A stretch of DNA of 64,000 bases from Nemertoderma westbladi (taxonomy: Eukaryota > Animalia > Xenacoelomorpha), in assembly GCA_032718475.1 (NCBI GenBank), contig JAUCBJ010007849.1, forward strand, positions 9,724 through 73,723, in the 5' to 3' direction. The notes beneath the pieces are model-generated. The model did not search any database. It worked only from the letters and a program-made list of their open reading frames with translations, and was not told the DNA's origin. Below are positions 1 through 11,565 of the stretch, piece by piece (the first letter of the stretch is position 1; each line of letters starts with the position of its first letter). Made by a program: the position numbers and the translations under genes.

Positions 1-689
1 GCCAACATGTAGCAACAGCACGACAACGATAACCGGCACAAGTCACTCCACCGTCCGTCCCAAAGGCTTGAATCTACTTTAGGTTCTTTCTATAGGAGAG
101 TTGGGCTACTTTCACAATTGCGACTAGCTACTGTAAACATACTTTAGCAGTAACATTCACCTATAAACGCACAAATTCCACACAACTGTCACCAATTGTA
201 CACATACAGGCCATTTGTCCGTTAGTCAGTGCCTTCCAGAATGTCACGTTATTACTGTGTATCTTTGGATACTAACAGTGTGCTATGTATTCTCTATGCT
301 ATGCAATGTGACAAGCTTTCTATTGTTCTTTTAACTTGCTTCTAATTCTAGCGTGGGTGTTGCTATGGTGACATTATGGAAAGCTAGCGGTAGAATTAGG
401 GTAATTCTCATGCATACAGATCTGGAATGCTATTTAATAGTAATTCTTTAATTGTCAATATCCTCTTTATACATGATTTTATTAATTTTATCGGCTATTG
501 ACTATATGTTGGAGATTCTCGCACTCTAATACACTCAATAGGATGAATCTCCGCTCCCATGATCTATTAATTAATGGAATTTTGGGAATGTTATAAATTG
601 CACAAAATGACAATTTATGAAATTCATTTAAAATATGAATTTAAATTTATTCCCGTGAATTTTATTATTTGATAGTACAATTGACACAA

Positions 690-950
690 TTTGATTCCAG
701 AGCAGGTCTGGGGAGGATCCTTAATTCTATGAAAATTGTCTTTTAAGAGTATCTGTAAGTGCTGCGATATCTTAATTGACTAGAAATTTTAAAGGATCTG
801 AATTTTACAGATTTTAATAAATATTAAATTAATATTTAAGATGGGCACCGATTTATTCCAGAACTTGTCTGGGGACGTTAACCACTGATTCTAGAATTTG
901 TCTTTCAAGTATATCGGTGGGTGCCGCGATATCTTAATCGACTAGAATTA
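690..950. repeat. Degenerate ~100-bp direct duplication downstream of pol
   Basis: attccaga..gtctgggga..tgtcttt..gtgc(t/c)gcgatatcttaat(t/c)gactagaa occurs at about 694-785 and 855-947. Confidence 0.6.
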
Positions 951-1468
951 CAGATGGTCAAAAGGTTTAACAGATTTATTTGCGTTTTACGCTACTGTTA
1001 TATGGACATCACGCTACTATATGTATTATTTAATATAAGGTAGAAGAGCAATATCGCACGAAGCAATGTCAGTGTGAAGAGGCAAGTCGTTTCCAAGGTC
1101 TACCCAGAGCTTGGTTTAGCCGAGACACGAGGATCTGAACTTTGCATTCCTAATACTCTGCCTACCAATAATACTTAAATATAGTAGGGGCTTTATTGTA
1201 CTTTAATAAGTACGGACATTTCATCTTACTGTAGTCACATATTTATAATATGATACGGACAGTAAGGAAAGAGAAAAATTATTTCTCGCCGTCACACTAA
1301 ATATATATTATATATATGTAATTACGTAATAAACACTAATATATTGCACTAATCTACCAAATAATCTAAAATAACCTTCTACTAAATAAAATTGAATAAA
1401 AACGATTATAATAAAGTACATAATAATGTTCACATATAAAATATAATAAAATAGATAAAATAATATAG

Positions 1469-4400
1469 TCATACACCCACTCCAGACGTATCACGTTGGG
1501 GAGATGTTTGAGGAATTAGGGAGGTGGTCGTGGGAAGAGTGTCTTGCCTTCCATAGTTTCCGGAGAGTTCTCTGTCTCTTTCCAGTAAACATAAACGACC
1601 AACTGGGCGGTTGAGTTGTTGCGTCTCAAAGATTATGCCTGGCTTCTTGAAGTTACGCCGCATGACGACGAGTTCTACCGAGCGTACTAAACCATCATCC
1701 GAGATGTGGGTCTCGATGATACGACCTGTCTGCCACCGTTTACGTGGGAGGTCTGGATCTACAATAAGCACCATATCTCCGGCGCTGACGTTTTCTTGCT
1801 GCGCAAACCACTTAGTTCGAAGTTGTAGCGTGGGCAGATAATGTTTCTCGAAATGGTCAGCGAAACGACGGGATAGCAACTGCATAAGTTGCCAAGTTCG
1901 ACGGCAGTATTCGTCTCCGTCGGCAATCTCCGATCGTGGGAGCATGGCTACAGGTTTCTTCAGTAGGAAGTGCGCGGGTGTTAGCGCTTCCAGGGAATCG
2001 GGACTCGATGAGACTGGCATAAGCGGTCTCTCGTTGAGATAGGCAGCTATTTCCTCCATTAATGTCCGCAAAAGTTCGTCGGTGAGATACGCGCGGCATG
2101 GCACTATAAAGTGAAATGCGGTCTTAACACTTCTAATTAATCTCTCCCAACTTCCTCCCCACCAAGGGGCGTCGGCGGCGTTGAAGGTCCAGCTAGACGC
2201 TGTTATCCTTAGCTGATCGTCCACCTGTCTTTGGTTCCAGTCCTTCACGTAAGCCTGTATTTCGTTGTTGGCACCAATGAAGTTCGTTCCCTTATCCGAT
2301 CTCATGGTATTACTCGTCCCGAAGCGAGCGATCTGTCGGCGTAAACTTAATACGAAGCTGTTGGTAGATAGATCGTTCACCATATCGAGATGGATGGCTC
2401 TACAAGTCATGCATACGAAGATGACACACCATCTCTTGACTATAGTCCTAGCACGATATACTTCAATAGGGCCAAATAAATCTACACCAGTATTAGTAAA
2501 AGGTGGTTCATAGAAGCTTACTCGTTCCCTAGGTAATTCTGCCTCTCGCTGTGTTAAAGGCCTACTGAATGCTTTCCTACAGGGTATGCAGTTCCTAAGA
2601 ACTTGGTTCAGAGCTCTACGGGGTTTATAAAAATAATAGCGAGTTCGGATTTTGCTAAGAACTCGTTCTCTACCAGCATGATAAAGTTTGCTGTGAACAT
2701 CTACAATCATCTTGATTTGTACTTCAAGATTTCTAATGAGTATGGGGTATTTAGTGTCAAAGGATAATGGTGCATTGGTGAGCCTTCCTCCAACACGTAT
2801 TAACCCATCTATCATTGTGCTAGAGAAGCGATCCCTTAAGCGCATCTGCGGATTTCTCAACAACAGGAAATACTTATCGGAATCCTCATAGCATTGCAGG
2901 AGTCTCAGTATCTGCTTATTGGTTTCTTCATGCTCCTGGTAACTAATTTTCTCCTTTAGAAACCGGTCGGATGTCTTATATTTGGGTAAATTTTTAATAA
3001 CATGAACTTGCGCAGATGTCAATGGAGCGGTATCACTAATGGTCTTCGTCCTGGAGTAGTGATGATGAAAACATCTCCTTAAATATGTGACGGCTTTACA
3101 GAGCCGATTCCAGGAACTGTAGTGATGCATTGCTCTCTGCAGCAGGGGTGAGATTCCTTGCGAGACGTCTGGTATTCCAGATTTCCAATCTCTATATCTA
3201 ATTTCCACAACAGACTTATTTGTGGCGAGGGATTGTGGATCCGAAGCATCATTTCCGGAAGTATGTAATACAGATAGATCGATCGTCGGTTTAAATAACT
3301 TCGATTTACTCGCCCGGGTTTTAGGGTTGACTGTCTCCGCTCCCTTGGCTTGTCTAATCTCCGCCGTAGTAAGGTGAGGAGGCCATTCATCCTCTTCCTT
3401 GCTCAGGAAGTCGGGTCCACCCAACCAGTCTGGAGTATCTATCAGTTCCTGTGGAGTTGCTCCCCTGGAGGCGATATCGGCTGGATTAATCGTACCAGGG
3501 CAATGTCTCCATTGATCTATCTTTGTGCGACTAAGAATAATAGCTACCCTGTTAGTAACAAAAACGCTGAACTGACAGACTTCATTGGTTAGATACTCCA
3601 ACACGAGTAAAGCGTCGGTCCAATAAACCGTTTTCTCCAGTGGATAGTCGATTTGTTCTGTTACGTTCCGGCCGATGGCTGTAGTGTATAAAGCCGCCTT
3701 TAACTCCGCTCGAGGAACCTTTAACTTGTTGTTAATCAATGCCTTAGAGGTAACCAAGGCGACTTTGATTCCATCCGGAGTTTCGACTCGCAGATATGCT
3801 ACTATACCTATTCCCATGTCGCTGGCGTCTCCAAACACATGGAGTTGATAGGAATACGTAGGAAGAACATGACCAAAATATGCACGGGAAATTATAAAGT
3901 TCTCGATGGCCAGTAGAGAATCTTCCCATTTCATCCATTTCTTCAACAGTTCTCCCTTAAGCGGATCGTCCCATGAGTGGTTTTCAAGCCACATTTGTTG
4001 TACTAAACTCCGAGCAATCAATATAACTGGGCTAATAAATCCTAATGGGTCGAAATAAGTGCTCAGGATACTTAAACAAATCCGTTTGGTCCGAACTGGA
4101 TTATCTCGCTGTTTGAGCTGAAAAAACAGGATATCTCTTTCAGTGTCCCACTTCAAGCCAAGCGTCTTGGTTTCTGGAAGATCATCCTTTATTAAGTCTA
4201 GGTCTTTCGCTCCTCGGTCTTCTACCGGTATCGCTTCCAGAAACTCACGGGAGTTGCTGGTGAATTTCGTCAGTCGAAATCCACCTCTTTTCAAACACTC
4301 TACCGTTCCTTTCGCGACATCAATGGCTTCTTCTACTGATGGAAGGGACCTTAAATTGTCGTCCATGTATATATTACGCTTGATGTTGTCTATCACCTCT

Positions 4401-5605
4401 TTTGAGAAGGCGTCTCGGTTGTCATTCGCAGTGGTCCGCACCACGGAGCAGGCGTTGGAAGGGCTTGATATGATCCCAAAAGCCTGGATGGTCATCCAGT
4501 ACTCTACCGGTTTCTGGTTGAGATCTCCTTCAGGCCACCACAGAAATCTCAGGCTGTCTCTATCTCTATCCAGCGCCTTGACTTGTAAGAACATTCCTTC
4601 TATATCGGAGGCGAATGCGATGGAATATTGTCTTAATCTTAAAAGTATTCCCAACAAAGATTGGAGTAAGTTGGGTCCTGGTAACAACTCGGAATTGAGG
4701 GATTGGCCCATATATAGGGCGGAGCCATCGAATACGACTCGTACTTCGTGGGGTTTACCGGGTTTGGGAACGTAATGATGTGTTAAGTAATACGTTCTCT
4801 CAGTCACTGGTGTTCCTTCCGGTACTTGCTCCGCGTATCCCTTTGTTATAAATTTCTTCAACTGAGTTTGGTACATTTCTTTAGCTGAAGCATTAGCCGT
4901 AAGGCGTCGATGCAATTGAGCAATTCTTTTCTCTGCCAAGGGTCTGTTATTTATAAATCTAGGTTCACGTTTTCGAAATGGTAGGCCGATTTCATATCTA
5001 CCTTGGTCCTTTAAAAAACGTGTAGTTGTTTCCTGGATTTGCTTGGCTCTTTCTTCTTCTATCAATAGGGCCTTATCGTATGAATTGGGCTCTACCAGTT
5101 CTTGAGTAAAGAATCGTACGGCGAGTTCGTCCCGAGTTCTAGCGTTGCAGCGCTCTATCTCATCATTTAGTTCGTCATTGTAATCAATGGGCCCCGATGG
5201 GCGAATCAGTTGACATAGGTTCACCTGGTTTTTCCACGTTTTGTTTTCTGTAAGTAGGTCGATTGTGTTCTCTTCATCGAAGAGTTGGTAGATGTCGTCA
5301 TTATCTGAGGAGTATGGTGTTCCCTCAGTTAGTTCGTCCACCTCACTGCTCTCCACTTCCCCATCGTTTACTTGGTATATTCGTTCTTGTGGCATTCTCT
5401 CTTCGAGAGTTCTGCGGGAAGGGCCAGTAAAGTACCAACCTACTCTAGTTCTTACCGCATAGGTTTGCAGTGGCTGCGGTTGAGCAGGCCGTTTCTCCAA
5501 TGTCTCGAGCGCCTCATGCGCGTTTTGGCCGATGAGTATTTGCACTCCAGGATAATCTGTCTGGAATCGAGGTATCTTAAGATGTTGGATGCTCTCATCC
5601 TCGTC
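1469..5605 (-). CDS. pol: BEL/Pao Pol (protease C-half, RT, RNase H, integrase), same frame as gag
   Basis: ILIGQN protease end; RT VRVVFDGS, SDIEGMFLQV, YMDD; RNase H LHVFGDAS, YWTDA, NPADIASRG; integrase H-H-C-C, GVDLFGP, RSDKGTNF, WERLIRSVK. The frame is open from just after the gag TGA, 20 codons before the track's GTG start at 5545. Confidence 0.93.
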   Translation of the reverse strand, partial: DEDESIQHLKIPRFQTDYPGVQILIGQNAHEALETLEKRPAQPQPLQTYAVRTRVGWYFTGPSRRTLEERMPQERIYQVNDGEVESSEVDELTEGTPYSSDNDDIYQLFDEENTIDLLTENKTWKNQVNLCQLIRPSGPIDYNDELNDEIERCNARTRDELAVRFFTQELVEPNSYDKALLIEEERAKQIQETTTRFLKDQGRYEIGLPFRKREPRFINNRPLAEKRIAQLHRRLTANASAKEMYQTQLKKFITKGYAEQVPEGTPVTERTYYLTHHYVPKPGKPHEVRVVFDGSALYMGQSLNSELLPGPNLLQSLLGILLRLRQYSIAFASDIEGMFLQVKALDRDRDSLRFLWWPEGDLNQKPVEYWMTIQAFGIISSPSNACSVVRTTANDNRDAFSKEVIDNIKRNIYMDDNLRSLPSVEEAIDVAKGTVECLKRGGFRLTKFTSNSREFLEAIPVEDRGAKDLDLIKDDLPETKTLGLKWDTERDILFFQLKQRDNPVRTKRICLSILSTYFDPLGFISPVILIARSLVQQMWLENHSWDDPLKGELLKKWMKWEDSLLAIENFIISRAYFGHVLPTYSYQLHVFGDASDMGIGIVAYLRVETPDGIKVALVTSKALINNKLKVPRAELKAALYTTAIGRNVTEQIDYPLEKTVYWTDALLVLEYLTNEVCQFSVFVTNRVAIILSRTKIDQWRHCPGTINPADIASRGATPQELIDTPDWLGGPDFLSKEEDEWPPHLTTAEIRQAKGAETVNPKTRASKSKLFKPTIDLSVLHTSGNDASDPQSLATNKSVVEIRYRDWKSGIPDVSQGISPLLQRAMHHYSSWNRLCKAVTYLRRCFHHHYSRTKTISDTAPLTSAQVHVIKNLPKYKTSDRFLKEKISYQEHEETNKQILRLLQCYEDSDKYFLLLRNPQMRLRDRFSSTMIDGLIRVGGRLTNAPLSFDTKYPILIRNLEVQIKMIVDVHSKLYHAGRERVLSKIRTRYYFYKPRRALNQVLRNCIPCRKAFSRPLTQREAELPRERVSFYEPPFTNTGVDLFGPIEVYRARTIVKRWCVIFVCMTCRAIHLDMVNDLSTNSFVLSLRRQIARFGTSNTMRSDKGTNFIGANNEIQAYVKDWNQRQVDDQLRITASSWTFNAADAPWWGGSWERLIRSVKTAFHFIVPCRAYLTDELLRTLMEEIAAYLNERPLMPVSSSPDSLEALTPAHFLLKKPVAMLPRSEIADGDEYCRRTWQLMQLLSRRFADHFEKHYLPTLQLRTKWFAQQENVSAGDMVLIVDPDLPRKRWQTGRIIETHISDDGLVRSVELVVMRRNFKKPGIIFETQQLNRPVGRLCLLERDRELSGNYGRQDTLPTTTSLIPQTSPQRDTSGVGV

Positions 5606-8600
5606 TCAATTATAAAGGTCTGCTTGAGTAGTAGCGAAGTTCTTTATAGCCACCATTTTTACCGACCTTATACCTTGTGCTCCTAATTTATCCTGGGGGG
5701 TGGACAACACACCTACATAGTAATCTGCCATTAGGGTAGATTTCCAAACCTGCATAATTCCTGACATATTCAATTTAGTCCGGAATTTGGGTTGTCCAGC
5801 AAAGATATCTTCGGCTAGTTCTTGATCGATGAATGTTCCTGTGCTGCCGGAGTCAAGGAGGGCGTTCACTATGTAACTTTTGTTAGGACCATGAACTCTT
5901 ACCTGCACTACAGGAAATTCTCTGATTCCTATGTTGGAAGTTGGAGCTTTCCAAGATGGTTGTCTGGCAAAAGTAGTTGTGGGGAACTCATTGTCGGTGT
6001 CCTTTTCATAAGTAAGTGCTCGATACACCGCGGTATTGATTAGATAACAGGATTCGTTGGCGTCGGAGAATTCGTCAGTATAGAATCCTTCCATCTCAGA
6101 TTCTTGATCAGTGTCATTTACATCACTGAATTGGACATGTAGTTCGGGCTCACTTACCTGACTCGGGTTGTCTCGTTCGAACTCACTGTGTAACAAGATG
6201 TGATGTTTCGCGCCACACTTTGCACACTTTACGTCGGAGTAACAGGTTCGCCGTTGGTGTCCTGGTCTGAGGCAATTATAGCATAACCGCTTATCCCACA
6301 CGACTGCACGTCTGTCTACAAGGGATTTCTTTAGAAATTCAGCACACGCACTCAAACGGTGGGTCCCGTCGCACAGCGCACAGTTAGGTTTTATGTTACT
6401 CACTTTACCTTGGGTAACTTGATGCACTCTCGTTCTTTCTTCGGGCTTTCTTCCGTGCATTCTGTTAGGAGACTGAGGAGGGGTCTTGGCAACCTGTTCT
6501 CTCCTATCGTTGGTTCGAGCCTTGTATTTACTTACGTCTTTTGAGGTTTTGTTAACGTAGTAAAATTTGTCAGTGTCTTTTCCTCTGTCCTCTTCTTGAG
6601 AAGCTTGGCTTTCGCCGTCGTCAGTGTAACACACTGGTGTTACTCTTCTCCTAGAAACGTGTTTCTCACTTACCTTATTTTCCGATGTTTTCTCTCTGGA
6701 CTGCTTGATGAGTTGTAGTTTTACTTCACCATCTAAGAAGGACATGAGATCGGCCATGGTAGGGCTTCGTCGTTGCTGCTCATTCATATACAACACTTTC
6801 TTGTCCCAACGTGTACATACTCCACCCTTTGGTAAAGTAGAGACTATGGCTCCAATAACCATGGAACTCTGATATTCATGAGACTTACCTAACCAGTCCA
6901 ATTGTCTACAGATCTCCTGAATCTCATCGGAAAACTCTATAATCCCGCTACTAAGAAAGTTTCGGGGGGCTACTAATTTTGCATACAAATACTTAGCTAT
7001 GTTATCCTTGTTACCATACCTGATGTTTAATGTATCCCAAACTTGTCTTAATCCTTCTGGATGTCCAATAAACTTTAACGCCATTAACTTGGGAGGTCCT
7101 TCCAAGCACTTGATGAGGAATCTAAGTTTCTCTCCGTTAGATAGTACAGAGTTCTGCATGCTATCTTTGTAATATTCATTAAAAGGTAACCATTTCATCT
7201 CATCTCCATTGAATTTGACGATTTCTCCCACTTTGACCGCTTGGCGGGCTTCTGTACTAGCCATCTGACGCGTAAAGCTTTCTTGGGCCATCATGTTATT
7301 TAATATCGAATTATCGGTATATAAATTTCTCGGATTATTATCAGGTCTATAGGGAATATCATTAACAACAGGTTTATAATCACCCTTAATAGGGTTTGCT
7401 ATAGGAGTTTCTACTTCACTAGCAGTATAGATGCGTGTAGGCTCCACACCTTGCGCATGTAATACTTCAGACCTAACAGGTTGACACAATGTTACTGGGG
7501 GTATTGGTATCGCTTTTTGTATATTGACTAATTTGTCGCGTTCTAGCGCGATACTTTGCTGCACTTCTTGCAATTCGGCCCTACCTTCCCTTACTGTTCC
7601 CTTAAGTTGGTGTACAGTCTCCTGCATCTGTCCGAGCAGGAGATTCATCCCCCGCCGTCCCTCCTCTACCCACTCGACCGCCGAAGCGGGAGTCGCCAAC
7701 ATTGTAGCGGGCTGACGCGGGACGACGGGAGACAAATCCTTGATTTCTCTCTCAGCTTCCAGGACAGGGATATTCTCATGGACTGTTCTACCGGGTACAG
7801 GCAGTGTAGTACTGTGTAAAGGGAATTTAGAGTTAAGCACTGGAAGTACAGGGGTCTCTAGCACAGGAGTGACTTGGGGAACGACAGGCCTAATTATTTC
7901 AGGCTCATCAACTATAGTAGGGAGTTTTTTGACTTTAATAATTTGGTCTGTAGGTTCTATACTACTCAAGTCTGTGCTAGCTAGTTGTCTTCTAACTGCT
8001 GGGGGCAAATCAGGCAATTTGTGACGGTGAGATGTTTTTCTACGCCTGTTTAGACGAGATCTATTTCCTCCGCCTTCAGGATCGGTGGTATCGCCTTCCT
8101 CCGATGATGTGTATCCTTGGCGTTTGGGAGTAGATCGTCTCATCATCTGCATTTGACTAGCAGTTAACTGTTTATTTATGCAGTCTTGCGTCTCTTGCAG
8201 ATTTTCCAACTCCAGTTGGGTAGTCTCCTCAGACGCTCTCCGTTCTGCTTCTGCCACTGCCTTTGCCGCCTTTCTTTCCGCTGCTACTGCTGCTGCCTCT
8301 CTTTCCACTTCTGCCATTGCCGCTGCTACTGCTGCTGCCTTTCTTTCCACTTCTGCTTCTGCCATTACCGCTGCTACTGCTGCTGCCTTTCGGTCCTCTA
8401 TCCGTCTTTTCTTTACTTGTTCTTCTTGGACTCTAGCGAGGCGGAGTTTTTCATCAAATTTAGCTTGGTTTGCAGCTAACATTTCCGCATCGATTGAGTC
8501 CAACACAAGCTTGGTTCCTTCACTATTAGGGGAAAGTCCAGACAGCCGTCTCCTCAACTCTTCATCACCCAAGAAACGTTGATAGTCTGACAGATAGATG

Positions 8601-9568
8601 TCTATGGCGTCTCTCGAGGGCGGCTTCTCTGCTGCTGTCTCTTCGCTTTCCACTTGAGAAAGGGTGGCATCGGTTGGTTCTTCATAGGTTGGTCTCTCAG
8701 CCAGCTGGGATTTCCACTGGGCCGTTTCTTGAACTTTGAGACCTACCCGCTGGAACCAAGTCTTGACAGCAACTTGCAGCGACGTGTCCTGTCTTCTTTT
8801 AGAAGTTTCCTCAAAGGCTGATAGGATTAGTCTAATGCGTAGGGTTCTTTCGCGTACTTGATATAGCAGCTCTTCCTGCTCTTGCGGTCCTTGGGGTTGT
8901 CGAAACAGTTGTTCTTCTAATCGCTCTAAGGAGCCGAAGAATCCCTGCACATATCCTGCTGCCGACCTCTTCCAAACAGCTGGATCCATCGTATCTTTAG
9001 TCACTCCCATCCTGTGTATGTCTTCCCAAGTAGCTTCGGACAAATCTAACAGGAGTCCGGGTCTGGGAAAGTTCCATTGTGACTCGACAATAGACATCAA
9101 TTCTTCCCTGGCGTATCCCGCATAACTATCTTGGGTCGCTCGCTTACTTCTCGCCCAATCAGCTTGATGTTCCTCCACCGCAATCAATATTGTAGTTAGC
9201 ACTGCGGCAGGAAGGGTGAGAAGGGGATCCGAGTAGGCTGTAGCCGCCATCTGCACTCCGCGTTCGGGGGTCAGCTCTACAGTATCCGAACTACTGGAGC
9301 TATCGGGTCGCTGGGAACGAGTTTCTTGACTAGGCTGTTGCTGCTGTTGGACAGCTGCTTCCTGGTTCCGTTTGACTTGGGCCCGAGTGCCGATGATAGA
9401 CCTACGGTGTTGGATTAGCTTAGGGTCTGATACTACTACTGGAGGGATGACCTTTCTTTCAGTAGGAGGTGAGCTGAACTCCTTTCTTAATCGCTCCACA
9501 CTTCTATCGGTGTCACAGATGGTTGTATCGATTAGACTGTCTGACAGGGTTTGCTGGGTGTCAGACAT
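5606..9568 (-). CDS. gag: BEL/Pao Gag plus N-terminal half of protease (1320 aa)
   Basis: DUF1759-like KFNGDEMKWLPF; knuckles CALCDGTHRLSAC, CYNCLRPGHQRRTC, CAKCGAKHHILLH; protease active site ALLDSGS; ends at TGA 5606-5608. Confidence 0.9.
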   Translation of the reverse strand: MSDTQQTLSDSLIDTTICDTDRSVERLRKEFSSPPTERKVIPPVVVSDPKLIQHRRSIIGTRAQVKRNQEAAVQQQQQPSQETRSQRPDSSSSSDTVELTPERGVQMAATAYSDPLLTLPAAVLTTILIAVEEHQADWARSKRATQDSYAGYAREELMSIVESQWNFPRPGLLLDLSEATWEDIHRMGVTKDTMDPAVWKRSAAGYVQGFFGSLERLEEQLFRQPQGPQEQEELLYQVRERTLRIRLILSAFEETSKRRQDTSLQVAVKTWFQRVGLKVQETAQWKSQLAERPTYEEPTDATLSQVESEETAAEKPPSRDAIDIYLSDYQRFLGDEELRRRLSGLSPNSEGTKLVLDSIDAEMLAANQAKFDEKLRLARVQEEQVKKRRIEDRKAAAVAAVMAEAEVERKAAAVAAAMAEVEREAAAVAAERKAAKAVAEAERRASEETTQLELENLQETQDCINKQLTASQMQMMRRSTPKRQGYTSSEEGDTTDPEGGGNRSRLNRRRKTSHRHKLPDLPPAVRRQLASTDLSSIEPTDQIIKVKKLPTIVDEPEIIRPVVPQVTPVLETPVLPVLNSKFPLHSTTLPVPGRTVHENIPVLEAEREIKDLSPVVPRQPATMLATPASAVEWVEEGRRGMNLLLGQMQETVHQLKGTVREGRAELQEVQQSIALERDKLVNIQKAIPIPPVTLCQPVRSEVLHAQGVEPTRIYTASEVETPIANPIKGDYKPVVNDIPYRPDNNPRNLYTDNSILNNMMAQESFTRQMASTEARQAVKVGEIVKFNGDEMKWLPFNEYYKDSMQNSVLSNGEKLRFLIKCLEGPPKLMALKFIGHPEGLRQVWDTLNIRYGNKDNIAKYLYAKLVAPRNFLSSGIIEFSDEIQEICRQLDWLGKSHEYQSSMVIGAIVSTLPKGGVCTRWDKKVLYMNEQQRRSPTMADLMSFLDGEVKLQLIKQSREKTSENKVSEKHVSRRRVTPVCYTDDGESQASQEEDRGKDTDKFYYVNKTSKDVSKYKARTNDRREQVAKTPPQSPNRMHGRKPEERTRVHQVTQGKVSNIKPNCALCDGTHRLSACAEFLKKSLVDRRAVVWDKRLCYNCLRPGHQRRTCYSDVKCAKCGAKHHILLHSEFERDNPSQVSEPELHVQFSDVNDTDQESEMEGFYTDEFSDANESCYLINTAVYRALTYEKDTDNEFPTTTFARQPSWKAPTSNIGIREFPVVQVRVHGPNKSYIVNALLDSGSTGTFIDQELAEDIFAGQPKFRTKLNMSGIMQVWKSTLMADYYVGVLSTPQDKLGAQGIRSVKMVAIKNFATTQADLYN
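8240..8395 (-). repeat. Coding tandem repeat in Gag (Ala-rich helical repeat)
   Basis: Units of about 42-48 bp encode RKAAAVAAVMAEAEVE / RKAAAVAAAMAEVE / REAAAVAAE. Confidence 0.75.
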
Positions 9569-9644
9569 GTTTAGCTATTCGGTTGAATGCCTGCTGCTAT
9601 AGTTACAGTTAAAGCAAGTCTAGTACTGCAGTATGACCGTTGGC

Positions 9645-9920
9645 CTAGTACCGGTAATTTATTACAGTATATTAGAATACCGGTATACACTTATAATATA
9701 TATAAGTATTGCAAACTAGGTTTGTTACAGAGTACCGGTATATAATTTTAGCACAAATATATATAAATATATAATAGGCCTATCGTGAATACCGGTATAC
9801 AGCCTACACTTATAGTATATAAGTATAATTTTGGTCTAGAATTAATTACAGAATACCGGTATAATTTTAGCCTAAATTTATAGAAATAAAGATAATAGGC
9901 CTATCGTGAATACCGGTATA
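9645..9920. repeat. Degenerate repeats centred on TACCGGTA upstream of gag
   Basis: TACCGGTA at 9649, 9678, 9733, 9790, 9854 and 9911; ataataggcctatcgtgaataccggtata duplicated at about 9771 and 9892. Confidence 0.7.
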
Positions 9921-11323
9921 TCAATTATTTAAATAATTGAATTTCTGAATTTTAAAGGTTACTTAGTTACTTTAACTTACTTTATTACCGTTATTTAAGC
10001 AGTAGTCCAACTGATATTGAGACCTAGTTGTTGTATGGCAGGCCTACTATTTATAAATCGTTTGAGTTGATTTATAATATATATATACCCGTTTAAAATG
10101 GGTTTTGTCAATATTTGAAATAAATGTTATTATTTCTGGGGGGAGTCACTACACAGAAGCTGTGCGCTCTCAGTGGAGTGCTACTTATTGGACACTAAAA
10201 CAGATTATTCTAATTTACCTAAGTTACTTAATACTACGAATTACGTACGATACGGGTGAGATTAATTTTCTAATTAAAACACAACAAAATATTATGTATG
10301 AAATTTTAGGGTAATTTTACAGGAAGTCTACAGACCAGTCTAACAAAGGGTTAGAATTCTGGTTATTACAACGGACAGGGTACTACGGTATTTGAAAATA
10401 ATAAGTAGTAGTAAATATATTGCACTGTCCAGATAGGAAAATACCACCGCCTGACGACCTATAGCCGTATCGCTATAGGTACTACGTTATGTATCACGGA
10501 GTGTTCCTACCTGGAAGTTAATTACCGCGGACTACCAGATCCAACGTGCCTATTAACCACTTTACAACACAATACACTGCCTACACACCAATTACTTTCG
10601 GAAAGCACTGTACACTAAACCCTAAATTAGGTACAAGTACTTATTAAAAACAGATAACTAGTAGTTAAATATACTTGAACAGTTAAAAGAACCACGGCAT
10701 CTGCTGGAGTGACCAGAGCACAAAGTCACCAGTCTTTACCTACGCCAAGCAGCCCGTGTAGTACCGGGGTTAATTTAACTATAACGGTATGTGTAACAAA
10801 CACAATTACTGTAGGAATAAACTTGGGGACATGAATGTTGCGAATAATCGCATAAACTCTGAATAATAAATATTACGCTACCCGTACAGAATACTCAAAC
10901 AAAATACAAACCAAACGCTGGCAGACTACCATCAAGCCTAAATAAACTACAGTATGTGCAGATTCCAAAATGGTTAGTTAGTATGCGTTCTAACACGGTA
11001 GTACGACTTATTCTTTAAGAGGGGATTGACCTTATAGCTCTGGCTGCCCCAACTTACTAACTGGCACTTTATCAGACAAACTCTACACACGCCGTAATCT
11101 CTCCAAACCCAACAACAGTCCGACAACTATCCGGCCTACTAATTGTCTGTATAGACTGAGCAAGCTTACACGCCTTCTGCTCAAAACTGGCCTACAAATA
11201 AATAAAACTGACAGAAATAAGTAAGCTCCAAAAGAAACAAGGGGTGTACAGTCCCTAATCTCTTAAACAGCCTACCGGTATGCAATAATCAAAATCGAAT
11301 AATACTAATGTACTTATACTGGA

Positions 11324-11565
11324 AGTACCGGTTAGGACAGTTAGGCCTACAGACCTACAGCAGTACCGGTTCAGGCAGTTAGGCCTACGGACCTACAGCA
11401 GTACCGGTTCAAGTAGTTGGGCCTACGGACCTATAGCAGTACCGATTCTGGCAGTTGGGCCTACGGACCTACAGCAGTACCGATTCTGGCAGTTGGGCCT
11501 ACGGACCTACAGCAGTACCGATTCTGGCAGTTGGGCCTACGGACCTACGGCAGTACCGGTTCAGG
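11324..11565. repeat. 38-bp minisatellite, about 6.4 copies
   Basis: Unit agtaccgattctggcagttgggcctacggacctacagc starts at 11324, 11362, 11400, 11438, 11476, 11514 and 11552. Confidence 0.92.

Larger units (their letters stand above)
1469..9568 (-). mobile_element. BEL/Pao LTR retrotransposon, internal coding region (LTRs not resolved in this window)
   Basis: Domain order Gag (three Cys/His knuckles), aspartic protease, RT, RNase H, integrase, all in one reading frame, is typical of BEL/Pao. I found no matching LTR pair; the 3' LTR probably lies left of position 1. Confidence 0.93.

Noticed and set aside
1611-9602. Short plus-strand ORFs over the retrotransposon
   Set aside because: Antisense shadows of gag-pol with no recognisable motifs.
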